Both the position numbers and the translations under genes were made by a program. Shown here piece after piece: positions 40,600-52,340 of a stretch of DNA of 64,000 bases. Source of the stretch: Eledone cirrhosa (taxonomy: Eukaryota); the NCBI GenBank assembly GCA_964016885.1, contig OZ024741.1:360902001-360966000 (forward strand), given 5' to 3'. How positions within the stretch are numbered: position 1 is the stretch's first letter; each line of letters starts with the position of its first letter. The notes beneath the pieces were generated by a model. The model had not been told where the DNA came from. It did not search any database and saw only the letters and a program-made list of their open reading frames with translations.

Positions 40600-42198
40600 A
40601 TCATCCTCATCATGTTTACGTCTGCTCTTCCCTGCTTGCAAGGGTGGGACGGGTCTTATTCAGCACAGCATCTCTCCACTTGTCACGGTCCTTCGTCATC
40701 TCCACCGTGAGCTTCAGTGATCTGAGGTCTGTTCTCACCACCTCCGCCCATGTTTTTAGTGGTCTACCTCTACCACGTCTTCCTTCAACTGGCATTTCCT
40801 GGCACTTCTTCACCATCGGTCATCCTCCATGCGCATCACATGTCCATACCACCGCAGTCTCCTCTCCCGTACACTACATTCTATCCCTCTCAGACACAGT
40901 TTCTCTCTCAACACATTCATGCTGGGTCATTCACGCACATTGACACTGCACATCCAACGGAGCATGCTTGCCTCATTTCTTTCCAGTCATCGCATATCCT
41001 CTGCAGTTGCTGCCCATGTCTCACTACCATGCAGCATCGCGCTCCTCACACAGGCATTATATAACCAGCCTTTCGTACGCAGGGAGAAACCCTACTTCAT
41101 CAGCAGAGGAAGCAGCTCCCTAAACCTCTTCCAGCCCGTCATTCTAGATACTATGGCATCGGAACACCCTCCTCCCATGCTAATCTGATCTCCTAGGTAC
41201 CAGAAGCTATCCACCACTTCTATAGCATCCGTCTACATTTGAAAAATGTGTCTATCAATGCGACTTCTACTGTCTAATTTCCCTGTACATCTACTGCATT
41301 CGTATTTCTCCCTGCCTGTTAGTTTGCCTGCTATCCCGCTACATCTCTTGTGTACCCAGGATCTGCATTGTGTGCATTTTATAGAATTTATGCCAGTTCC
41401 TTTTCTGTATATCGAACATGGCCATTTCCCTGATGGAATCAGAGTTTTGTCCTCTTTTCTACTCATCAGCACTTTTGTCTTAGCTAGGTTCACTCTCAGT
41501 CCTCTTGCTTCCAACTGCTGTTTCCATAGCCAGAATTTATTCTCTAGCTCCGCTACTGATTCTGCTATAAGAACCAGATCGTCAGCATAGAGAAGTTCCC
41601 ATGGACAGCCAGTCTTAAATTCCTCTGTTACGTCTTGGAGGACTATAATGAACAAGAGCGGGCTGAGGACCGAACCTTGATGTACTCCTACTTGTATCTG
41701 GAATTCCTCACTAAACTCCATTCCTACCCTGACTTTACTGACAGTACATCTGTACAAAGTTTGCACTGTCCTCACAAGCCATTCCTCAACACCTAGTTTC
41801 CTTAGGGACCACCAAATGACAGATCGGTGTACCCTATCAAAGGCCTTCTCTAGGTCAACAAAGGCTAAGTATAGTGGCTTATTCTTCTCTAAGAACCTCT
41901 CTTGTAATTGTTTCACCAAGAAGAGGGCATCTGTTGTACTCTTCCCAGGCACAAAACCAAACTGCATTTCATTGACTCTTTCTCCAAATAGTTGTGCTAA
42001 TATCCTTTCTGCCACTTTCATAACCTGATCCATCAGTTTTATACCCTTATAATTGCTCCCCTCCAGAGCATCCCCTTCACCTTTGTAGCAATTTATGAGA
42101 ATACTGCTGCACCAGTCTTTGGGTATGACACCACCATATATAGCCTGATTGATGATGTGTGCAACCAGTTTAGTGCCTACATCCCCTGATGCCTTCAG

Positions 42199-42204
<6 letters not shown>
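40600..42204 (-). mobile_element. 5'-truncated RTE LINE of a divergent subfamily
   Basis: ORF 41233-42204 (RT motifs, YADD, PHD-like CSIY..CTQC..HKRC..CSRC), frameshifted into the C-terminus GRPLKTW (40616-40816). Very short 3' UTR and GAT-type tail; (TA)n on both sides. Confidence 0.9.
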
Positions 42205-42236
<32 letters not shown>

Positions 42237-42239
42237 TTT

Positions 42240-42655
42240 ATATAGATGAGATTCTACAGGACTAGAACTGTTTCATTCTTTAGAAATAATCAGGAATCTG
42301 GCTGTCCAAAATAAATGTATATTTAGAGGGTGGGGAGTGGGATGGGTGGAGGTCATTAGTTGAAGGAAAAGGGAATTCGTTAAAAGCTAATTCTTTAAGG
42401 CTATAATTTATATTTTGAGTGACAATGGAATTCTATAAACAAGTTCAAATTGGGGTGCCACTCCTTATTTTTAAGTTTCTCTTAAACTAACAATGCCTAT
42501 ATTCCAGGTGTCTATAAGAAGGATGGGGATCGGTCATGGTTGATGGATTTAAAGAAAAGGGAAATTCTTTAAAAGCTAATTCTTTAAAGCTCTACTTAGA
42601 GTGACAAAGGCCAAGAGAATTCTATAAACAAGTTCAAATATTGGGTGCCTATCAT
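42240..42655 (-). mobile_element. PLE 3' end / pseudo-LTR remnant with a hammerhead-like motif
   Basis: Minus-strand SFKELAFKEFPFSLN resembles the PLE GIY-YIG terminal KE..FI..F.P.LN motif and is partly duplicated (~42361-42460 vs ~42551-42650). Hammerhead-like fold at 42249-42299. Confidence 0.65.
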
Positions 42656-42677
42656 TATTGTCATGTTTCTCTTATAC

Positions 42678-42709
<32 letters not shown>

Positions 42710-42740
42710 ACATATTTATATACATATATATATATATATA

Positions 42741-43399
42741 AAATTAGAAATAAGAGGGATCAGATGTTTACTCGAGAGAAGGCTACGTTGGTATGGACAC
42801 GTGATGCGCATGAAAGTCGATAGTTGTATAACAAAGTGCAGGGCAATAAAGATAGACGGTAGCCACGGAATAGGCAGACCTAGAAAAACCTGGGACGAGC
42901 TGATAAACTCCGACCTCACACACTTACACCTCTCCAAGACAATGTCACTGGACCGAGACCTTTGGCGATACTCAGTAACAGAGAAGACCCGCCTTACCTA
43001 AATACATAGTAAAACCTACTACAGCCAGTAGGCATCTCTAACAAAATGCACCCCGTCCCACCACCACCACCACCCCATCCACACCACCCCGTTCTACGTA
43101 AAGTTATGTTGGTGCCGCGCCATCCAGGCCGAAACAAATGAGATCGTGTAGGTGTCACGACAAAAAAACACACAGTCCACGCTGTAATGTGGCCGTGTAG
43201 GCAACACGGTAAAAACCTCCCAGACCCACACTGTAAATGTGGTTGGTGTTAGGAAGGGCATCCAACTGTAGAAAACCTGCCAGACAGTCCTATGCGAGCA
43301 AAACAATCACTCTTGCCTCAAGTGGGACTACCCCCGTCCAAACCCATGCAAGCGTGGAACACGGACGTTAAACGTTGATGATGATGATGATGATGATGA
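42741..43399 (+). mobile_element. Short 5'-truncated RTE copy (C-terminus + 3' UTR + (GAT)n)
   Basis: Near-identical to the 3' end of the 22615-26245 element; (TA)n on both sides. Confidence 0.92.
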
Positions 43400-43648
43400 T
43401 ATATATATATACATATATATATTTAAAAGAATAGAGGTGTAACACACGAGTTATGATATATTGGTAAACGGAAAAGAAAATACTGACAAATTGTTCACAG
43501 AGAAAAATAGTTTAATTAGGAATAAGTGAAAATTAGTAATAGTATTGGTTAGTATTCAGTTTTGGTTTTAAGTCTTACCGGTTGCACATTTCTAATGCTT
43601 TTAAAAAATAATTTTAAGATAGAGCGCCCGTGATGTTTGCTCTAATCT

Positions 43649-43719
43649 GTTACATTGTATGTCTACGCCATCTTTATTTAGTCAGACTAAATAAAGATGG
43701 CGTAGTCATACAATGTAAC
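43649..43719. repeat. 71-bp palindrome (35-bp arms, 1-nt loop, one mismatch)
   Basis: gttacattgtatgtctacgccatctttatttagtc-a-gactaaataaagatggcgtagtcatacaatgtaac. Confidence 0.92.
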
Positions 43720-44135
43720 GGGAGGAAACAATAGCACCACTGACGATGTTGCAGATGTGCAACGAAAGAACTTTGATAAACTATATATATGTGTTTGTGT
43801 CTATATTGTATCTGTATTATTTTTTACCGTTGGTCAGACAATGGCAACATTGAGGACCGAATAAATTAGATTACCGATATAAAAGACACAGAAGCGAAAA
43901 GCGAAAACCAGCCAAACACTGAGTGTGTTCTGTTATTAATTCTGGCAATATTACACAACTATAACCCTCCCCAAGTATAACAATATTTGTTTCGACACAC
44001 AATTTCATATAAAAAACCTCGCAAAACTAGTATATACATATATATGTAAATACATATATATAAATACATATAAATACATATATATAAATACATATATATA
44101 AATACATATATATATAAATACATATATATAAAGAC

Positions 44136-45070
44136 ATCATCATCATCAGGTTTAGCGTCCGTGTTCCACGCTTGCATGGGTTTGGACGGGGGTTTTCCCA
44201 CTTGAGGCAAGAGTGGTTGTCTTGCTCGCATAGGACTGTCTGGCGGGTTTTCTACAGTTGGATGCCCTTCCTAACACCAACCACATTTACAGTGTGGGGC
44301 TGGGAGGTTTTTACCGTGTTGCCTACACGGCCACATTACAGCGTGGACTGTCTGGCGGGTTTTCTACAGCTGGATGCCCTTCCTAACACCAACCACATTT
44401 ACAGTGTGGGGCTGGGAGGTTTTTACCGTGTTGCCTACACGGCCACATTTACAGCGTGGACTGTGTGTTTTTTGTCGTGACACCTACACGATCTCATTTG
44501 TTTCGGCCTGGATGTTGTGGGACCAACATAACTTCACATTGAAAGGGGCGGTGTGGGTGGGGTGGAGGTGGTGGGACGGGGCTGTGTTTTGATAGAGGTG
44601 CCTACTGACTGTAGTAGGTTTTTACTTTGTATTTAGGTAAGGCGGGTCTTCTCTATTACTGAGTACCGCCAAAGGTCTCGGTCCAGTGACATTGTCTTGG
44701 AGAGGTGTAAGCGTGTGAGGTCGGAATTTATCAGCTCGTCCCATGTTTTTCTGGGTCTGCCTACTCCGTGGCTACCGTCTATCTTTATTGCCCTGCACTT
44801 TGTTATACAGCTGTCGTCTTTCATGCGCATCACGTGACCGTACCAACGTAGCCTTCTCTCGAGTAAACAACATCTGATCCCTCTTATTTCTAATTTTTTC
44901 CTTAGTTCGTTTATGCTTTGCCGTTCACGTATATTACTATTGCACATCCAGCGGAGCATGCAAGCTTCGTTCCTCTCTAGTCTGCGTATATCCTCTGCAC
45001 ACAATGCCCAGGTCTCACAGCCATGCAGCATTGCTGTTCGTATGCAGGCATCGTATAACCTGCCTTTCAT
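44136..45070 (-). mobile_element. 5'-truncated RTE copy with an internal ~112-bp duplication in the 3' UTR
   Basis: ORF 44633-45070 matches the RTE C-terminus; 3' UTR and (GAT)n tail; flanked by TA-rich microsatellites. Confidence 0.92.
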
Positions 45071-45257
45071 ATATATAAATATATATATATATATATAAAT
45101 ACATATATATATATATATATAAATACATATATATATATATATATATATAAATACATATATATATATATATATAAATACATATATATATATATATATAAAT
45201 ACATATATATACTATATATATATATACATATATATATATATAAATACATATATATAC

Positions 45258-45306
<49 letters not shown>

Positions 45307-45543
45307 CATATATATATATATACATATATATATATACATATATATATATATACATATATATATATACATATATATAAATACATATATATATATATACATA
45401 TATATATATACATATATATAAATACATATATATATATACATATATATAAATACATATATATATATATACATATATATAAATACATATATATATATATATA
45501 TACATATATATAAATACATATATATATATATATATATATATAA

Positions 45544-45578
<35 letters not shown>

Positions 45579-45579
45579 C

Positions 45580-45612
<33 letters not shown>

Positions 45613-45655
45613 CATATATATAAATACATATATATATATATATACATATATAATA
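45069..45655. repeat. Long interrupted (TA)n satellite running into the assembly gap
   Basis: Units of (TA)n punctuated by AATAC/TAC; a similar tract lies at ~44030-44130. Confidence 0.97.
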
Positions 45656-45855
45656 NNNNNNNNNNNNNNNNNNNNNNNNNNNNNNNNNNNNNNNNNNNNN
45701 NNNNNNNNNNNNNNNNNNNNNNNNNNNNNNNNNNNNNNNNNNNNNNNNNNNNNNNNNNNNNNNNNNNNNNNNNNNNNNNNNNNNNNNNNNNNNNNNNNNN
45801 NNNNNNNNNNNNNNNNNNNNNNNNNNNNNNNNNNNNNNNNNNNNNNNNNNNNNNN
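45656..45855. other. Assembly gap (exactly 200 N)
   Basis: 5+180+15 N. A round length suggests a scaffolding placeholder of unknown true size. Confidence 0.98.
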
Positions 45856-46180
45856 AGATTGCTAGGAATACAAAAGATTAGCCTTACAACTACAGACCAC
45901 ATTCTGTGTAATTGTTTATATAACAGGAGCGTAAGAGAGAGTATATTATGTATGAATACTTAATGTTTGTTTTGTCTACTGGTTTATTGTATGTGTAATC
46001 TGAAACATTTGTAGCTGTAACTTCTGTTACCCTGTCCCTCAGTGATGACACAACAAGTGATAAAACAAATAATGGATTGAAATCAATAATTAATAGGAAT
46101 AATAAATTGTTATTTGTCCTTTCAATGTCCCATTATTTGTTGTTCTTGTGGCAAATAAAGAATCATTATTATTATTACTA

Positions 46181-47000
46181 CGGCGGTGGAGGGTCGGACG
46201 CCATGCTTTCCAGCATAGTTACGTCCCTTTACGATCTGAGTTCAAATCCCGCTGAGGTTAGCTTTGCCTTTCATCCTTACGGGGTCGGTAAAATAAAGTA
46301 CCAGTAACACAGTGGGATTGATTTAATCGACTTCCCCTTCCCCAAAATTGTTGGCCTTGTGACTAAATTAGAAACCATTATTACTATTATTATGGTGGAT
46401 TCACAGTATCGGTAGAGGGTCAGACGCCATGCTTTGCAGCACAGTTACGTCCCTTTATGAACTGAGTTCAAATCCCGCCAAGGTTAACTTTGCCTTTCAT
46501 CCTTACGGGGTCGATAAAATAAAGTACCAGTAATGTACTGGGTAATTGCTGGCCTTGTGCCTAAAGTAGAAAATTATTATAACCATAGGGTCGGTGGATT
46601 GGCAGTATCGGTAGAGGGTCGGACGCCATGCTTTCCAGCATAGTTACGTCCCTTTACGATCCGAGTTCAAATCCCGCCGAGGTTGACTTTGCTTTTCATC
46701 CTTACGGGGTCGATAAAATAAAGTACCAGTAATGCACTGGCCTTGTGCCTAAAGTAGAAACAATTATTATAACCATAACAATGTTGGATTGGTAGTATCA
46801 TTACAACATCAGGCAAATGCTTTGTGGTATTTATTCTGGCTTTTTACATTCTGGTCTTAAATACTGTCAAGGTCAACTTTACATGTATGTTACCATTCTG
46901 GGCTCAATAATATAAAGTACCAGTCATGTACTGTGAGCAATGTAAATGACTTACTCTTGCCCTCAAATTTCTGGCCTGGTCCTTAAATTAGAAACAATTA
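46181..47000 (+). mobile_element. Head-to-tail cluster of four tRNA-derived SINEs of the same family
   Basis: Units at ~46181, ~46392, 46588 and ~46780, each with a B-box (degenerate in the last) and the TTTCATCCTTACGGGGTCG-like core. aattattataaccata is duplicated at 46572-46587 and 46762-46777. Confidence 0.88.
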
Positions 47001-47879
47001 TAATCTAATTTTTTGCCAAAAAGTTAAAATTCATAAAAATGTTCATTTCAAGTATAAAACCAAAGATAAAAATACTTTTTTATGATTAATCATCAAAATT
47101 AATCACTTTTTAAAGTTAAAATAAGGTTTAAAAAAATCAAATTTCACTAAAAAAAAAAAGAAAATCCTTTAGTAGATACAGAAAATAAATAAATAAATTC
47201 ATTGATATATATTCTTATGTATTGATTAACTGAAATTTGATCTATATTCCTATTAGTTTTTAGTAGAGCTGGAGAATTGGATGGACTACCACTTTGGAGC
47301 CATTAGCACTCCCTATGACGTGACCTACCCTGCGATGTTGAAAATTATTTGACACTATGCATGTCTGTATAGTTTTTCTGTAAGACAAATTTCCTACTTC
47401 GAGGTACTTTTACCAATATTAGTTATTGGTGATCAATACCAATCGTGAATATTGATTATTTGCATTTTTTTTTTTCTGATCCATGAAACAGGCCTGTTTA
47501 GGAAGAGAATTATTTATTACCATCCAATTATAAGAGTATTTACTTACTGTTTTAATTCTTTTCACTATACATAAATGTACAGTATGCTATTATATTTCGA
47601 TATGCATTTTTATATATCATTTAAATTTGTTAACTTATGTAAATTTTTATCTGATTAATTAAATTGAATCACTTCTTTCGCTGTTGCGTTGTTGGATCTT
47701 TTTGAAGTTGATTGTGGAGTTCTTTTGTCATTGCTTTATTGAGCTGCTTTTTTCTTGTTTCAAGTAATTTTATTTCTGATTATTATGAGTTTCTTATTCT
47801 TAACTGAGATGCCAAAGTCAAAAACAAGTCAGAAGCCCTTGAATTTATAGAAAAATTCTCAAAAGAACTGTTGTAGTCA

Positions 47880-48890
47880 TCTCAGATTATCAAAGATTTG
47901 CTAAGAAGTATGGTAGTTCCAAGAGAAAAAGTTTCTACTATTGTCTAATGTTGCTTGGTAAATGGCAGCTGCTGGAGAAACATTGCAAGTAATGTACTCT
48001 AAGCTATTCCATTTAACCTGCTTCTCCTACCTACAACACAACTGTGCTCTAAAAATAAAGACTTTCAATCCTGCAGTCATTTGTCTGATTACCACATCAA
48101 AGGATGCTACTGTAAAAAAGAAAATACAGTCAAAAGCAATTCAAAACAATCAAATACCCACCTCAGTAAATTGTGACCAGGTGGAGTAGCTGGTTGGATG
48201 CCTGCAATTACTATGCCAAGAACCTTGTAGAAGTTACAGAAATTGTAGAGAGTTTTGAGGACAAAGGCATTTTGATGCAGAGAGTGAAAGAAGCTGTGCA
48301 AAATCCAGAGATCAGGCCTAACCGCACCCAGATCTGTTCAAACTATCTACAGTTGAAAGAATTGATTTTGAAAGTCAACAGCCATCACCATCTATGATGC
48401 TTACAAAAGCCTCAAAGAATTGAAATTCAATGAAAACCCATGTTACATCATGAATTACATTGATTTTAGATTCAATAAAATCCAAATCAATTTGATAATT
48501 TCAACTAATGAACCCCAAAGTGTCACTTGCAGAATATGCCGATCTGAGACAATGCCAAGTGACACCAGCTGCTGTAGAACAGAGTTTTTCAATGCTGAAA
48601 AAAATCCTTGCAAAAGACAAGAATTTTTTGCCTAGAAATATAAAGCATTATATCATATTGTATCGAGGGCAGTGGATTGGGAGTATCGGTAAAGGGTCGG
48701 ACGCCATGCTTTGACCTATAGAGTTACGGCCCTTGCCATTCTGAGTTCAAATCTCGCCGAAGTTAACTTTGCCTTTCATCCTTACGGGGTCGATAAAATA
48801 AAGTACCAGTAATGCACTGGGTAATTGCTGGCCTTGTGCCAAACGTAGAAACAATTATATCATATTGTACTATAATAAATTTCCACATTA
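47880..48890 (+). mobile_element. Decayed hAT-like DNA transposase remnant, interrupted by a SINE
   Basis: TRWSSWLDACNYY and TPAAVEQSFSMLKKILAKDKNFLPRNIKHYIILY resemble the hAT TRW motif and the C-terminal dimerisation motif (S...ERSFS). Confidence 0.7.
48663..48853 (+). mobile_element. tRNA-derived SINE with a 16-bp target-site duplication
   Basis: A-box-like TGGGAGTATCGG, B-box GAGTTCAAATC, core TTTGCCTTTCATCCTTACGGGGTCGATAAAATAAAGTACCAG. Flanked by attatatcatattgta at 48647-48662 and 48854-48869. Confidence 0.9.
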
Positions 48891-51641
48891 ATTATTTTTA
48901 AAAATTGTTTTGATGATATATCAAAGTAATCAAAACTAGAGTGGACTCCTTAATTCTTATGGATTTATTAATAATAAAGTTAAAATGAGATTAAAATATG
49001 TTAAAGTTAAAAATTAAGGTTTAAAATGTATGAAAATGAGTTTAATATGTAATTTTTAAAAAATTGCCCTAATTATTACTAACTTTGGTACAATTTGTAG
49101 AGGTGACTGAATCAATGATATCAGAACATTATGGGTAATGCAGATACAGACACACAATGCCCAACAAAAGAACCAGATAACCATAGCTCAGTCTGGGTTG
49201 ATCAAGGTCTAAACAATAATGATAATGGTAATTCTTTCATTTATTTTTCAAAAATTAATATCTGAAGAAAATATTTTATATTGGTGAAATTTGGAAAAAT
49301 TATGACGCAATTTTTTTTCATAAATAAGTAAAAAAACGAATGTAAATATATTCATGTTTATAAAATATATGTTGATGACATGACAAAAAGCACCCAATCT
49401 GTCTTGTAAGGTGGCCGTGTTGGTAATACAACAAAAAGCACCCAATTCACCTTGTAAAGTGGTCATGTTAGTGACAACAAAAAGTACCTGTCAGTTGGTC
49501 ATTTTGGTGCCACAATAAAAAGCCCCCACCCACACTGTAAATGTAGTTGCCATCAGGAGGGGCATCCAGCTAAAGAAACTAAGCCAGAAACAGTTCTGTA
49601 TGAGCAAGACGGTCTCCTGATCTGACAACTCGTCATGCTAGTGTAGAAAAATGGATGTTAAATGATGATGATGATGATGATGATGTATATAGATATATCA
49701 AGTTGGTTGATTTTTCATTACATTGGCATAATAAAAACAAGAAAGCATATCAACTGTACAATATAGTTTCAGTAAACAATACAGATACAGTAGGTAAGAG
49801 TGATGTAGAATTATCTACTAACATTGGGGCAGAGTCATAAATTTCTGGGAGTGGGTGGGATTTGTAGTTGATTAAACTGGCTGCAGTATATGACTGATAT
49901 TCTATTGACTCAGACAATAGCAACAAGTGTTTTAACCCTTTATCATTTACATTACTCTATATATACTACTGTATTTTCGTGGTAAAGGCTTTATCTCATA
50001 TAATATCGAATCTATGAGATTTTGATATTTATTTTGAAAACAATACCTTAACGTTGGTATGAGTGGCTGGTTACAGCCAATTTAAACAAAGAGGTGAGAG
50101 ATTTTGGCCAGATACATCCTGTTTAAATGCTAAAGAGTTAAAGCCATTTCCCTGCTAAAGCTTCTCCATTTGGCTCTATCATCTACATCATCCCTCACAC
50201 ACTCCCTGCCTGCCTTTCATTTATTCTTCCATCATGTTTAGACATATCTTTCTTAGTCTGCCACTTCCTAGTTTCATCCCACATTCATTTCCATTATTTC
50301 TCTCACTCAGTCATTTTCATCCTTCCTCAACACATGATCAAACCATCTCATTCCATTTCTCTTCACAATATTCATCACTGGCTCTATTTCCATCATACTC
50401 AACAGACAGATGAAATGCAGAATTTTAAATCAGAACAAAAAAGACTAACTAAATACCACAAGGAATTTTGTACATCAATGCTTTAAAAATTCTGCCAATA
50501 CATTACCCTTAATATGAAAATATTGAAATTGAATGGAAAACAAGCTTTTTCTTTGTCTCCTTAATCTTAGTGCAATGGGGGAGCTGAGGAGGTCACCTTA
50601 TTGAGAAACTATCTTCTTGTGTGAACAGTTGTGAGTTTGTATCTCATCAGTCAGAGGGAATACAGTGTCAAAGATACTGAAATGCATGCAAAATATGATA
50701 GTGAATAAGAAGAAATGGAGGAGAGAGAAAGAATGAAAGTGGTGATTGAGTAGGAAGCTGACAGAGCTCAACATATAGATTGATGGTTTATGGTAATGAG
50801 ACTACTGAACAATAATACACAAGAAAATTGATGTGCACTATACAACTGATGATCATCCTGAGGAATAGTGACATCATGTAATGATATATAGCTTTAGAAC
50901 CAAATTAAAAGAGAGAGAACAAAGAGAGAGAAAGAAGGAGTAGAGATAGTGTGTGAAGCGATATGTAGATATATATATCATCATCTCTAACATTTTACAT
51001 TAACTTTCCATGCTGGCACAGGGTAGACAGGTTGTAGAACTTCGTCTTGCTCATACTTTTCATTTTTGGCATGGTTTCTATGCCAAGAGGTCTTTAAGAC
51101 AATAGGTTATGCACTAGTAAACTATAATTGGAGTAAATATAAATAAATGTTAAAGAAAATGTTTACATACAAAATTAAAATAAATGAAAGTTACAGCTCA
51201 TACATATGCAGGTTTAGCTAGCTTGCTTTGAAGATGCATCTCATACGTTTTTATAGGTTTATAAATTTGTAGATATTTACACTTAATCTTTTGCTCCTCA
51301 CCTTTGCAGCTGTTGTCTGAATGACTAGCCTTAAATGCATAATAGTATCTATAACAGGATATGTGTTGCCAAATACAAGCCCTGCACCCATCTTAGTTGC
51401 ACATACCAAACCTACAATGTCTTGCATTGTCAAGCCTATTATTTAGAGATGGTCTGTGGCAATGATAACACTACTCCGTAAGCCATCTCTGAATCAAATA
51501 TTTTCTCTGCTTATATCTTGTTTGTATTTGCCGTAATTCCTTTATTGAGTAACTAATTATACAATATACACCTATGATGTTGCCAGGATTTTACGTAACC
51601 AAGCCACTGAAATATAGTGTTTTTGCAACAATAAAACTCTA

Positions 51642-52104
51642 AGGGAACTTCATCAGTCCGGCCTCCTGTCATTTTAATCAAACTAATAATTAACTCCATT
51701 CCCGCACAACCCACAGGAATCAACATCAAAGATGGGCGAGTTATGTAGGGTTGAGTACTTTCCCTATTACATCATAATTAACTATACAGAATGACCAGTT
51801 CTATACAGTGGTAAACCACCAAACTTAAATGAATATATATATACATATATATGAAAGAGTTGGACCCCGACAGCTGAGTTCTTGCCATTTCAACAGCTAG
51901 TTCCAAACTATTTATATTCATTTAAGTTTGGTTGTTTACCACTGGATAGAATTGGTCATTCCGTATAGTTAACCATGATGTAATAGCAGGAAAAAAACTC
52001 AAAACTATGCAACTCTTCAATGTTGAATCTTGTGGGTGATGCAAGAACATAATTAATTATCAGTTTGATTGAAATGACAGAAGGCCAGACTGGTGAAGTT
52101 CCCT
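51642..52104. repeat. Older diverged inverted repeat (~195-bp arms)
   Basis: agggaacttcatcagtccggcc...aaacttaaatgaata pairs with tattcatttaagtttg...ggccagactggtgaagttccct. Confidence 0.85.
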
Positions 52105-52340
52105 CCAAGATGGCCGACTGAATACGCACATGTATGTTTTTTTCTCATTTTTCCCCAGTTCCTTCCTCTCATCTCTCTTTACTTTCTATTTATCTTCTAT
52201 TTTTAACTCTGTCTTCTGAAGAAAGACCAGTGTCCAAAACGTTAAGATTCTCTTCCAGCTATTTCAAGCATTACACTAATATATTTCTTCCATGTACTGT
52301 GCCGTATGTTTTGTTATAACTTTTACATATATATATATAT

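Noticed and set aside
45015-45902. 295-aa and overlapping YI-rich ORFs
   Set aside because: (TA)n satellite plus N gap; not coding.
46181-46777. Regularly spaced repeats that could be mistaken for a CRISPR array or tRNA cluster
   Set aside because: Units are ~190-bp SINEs without unique spacers; the heads have A/B boxes but no complete cloverleaf; no cas genes.
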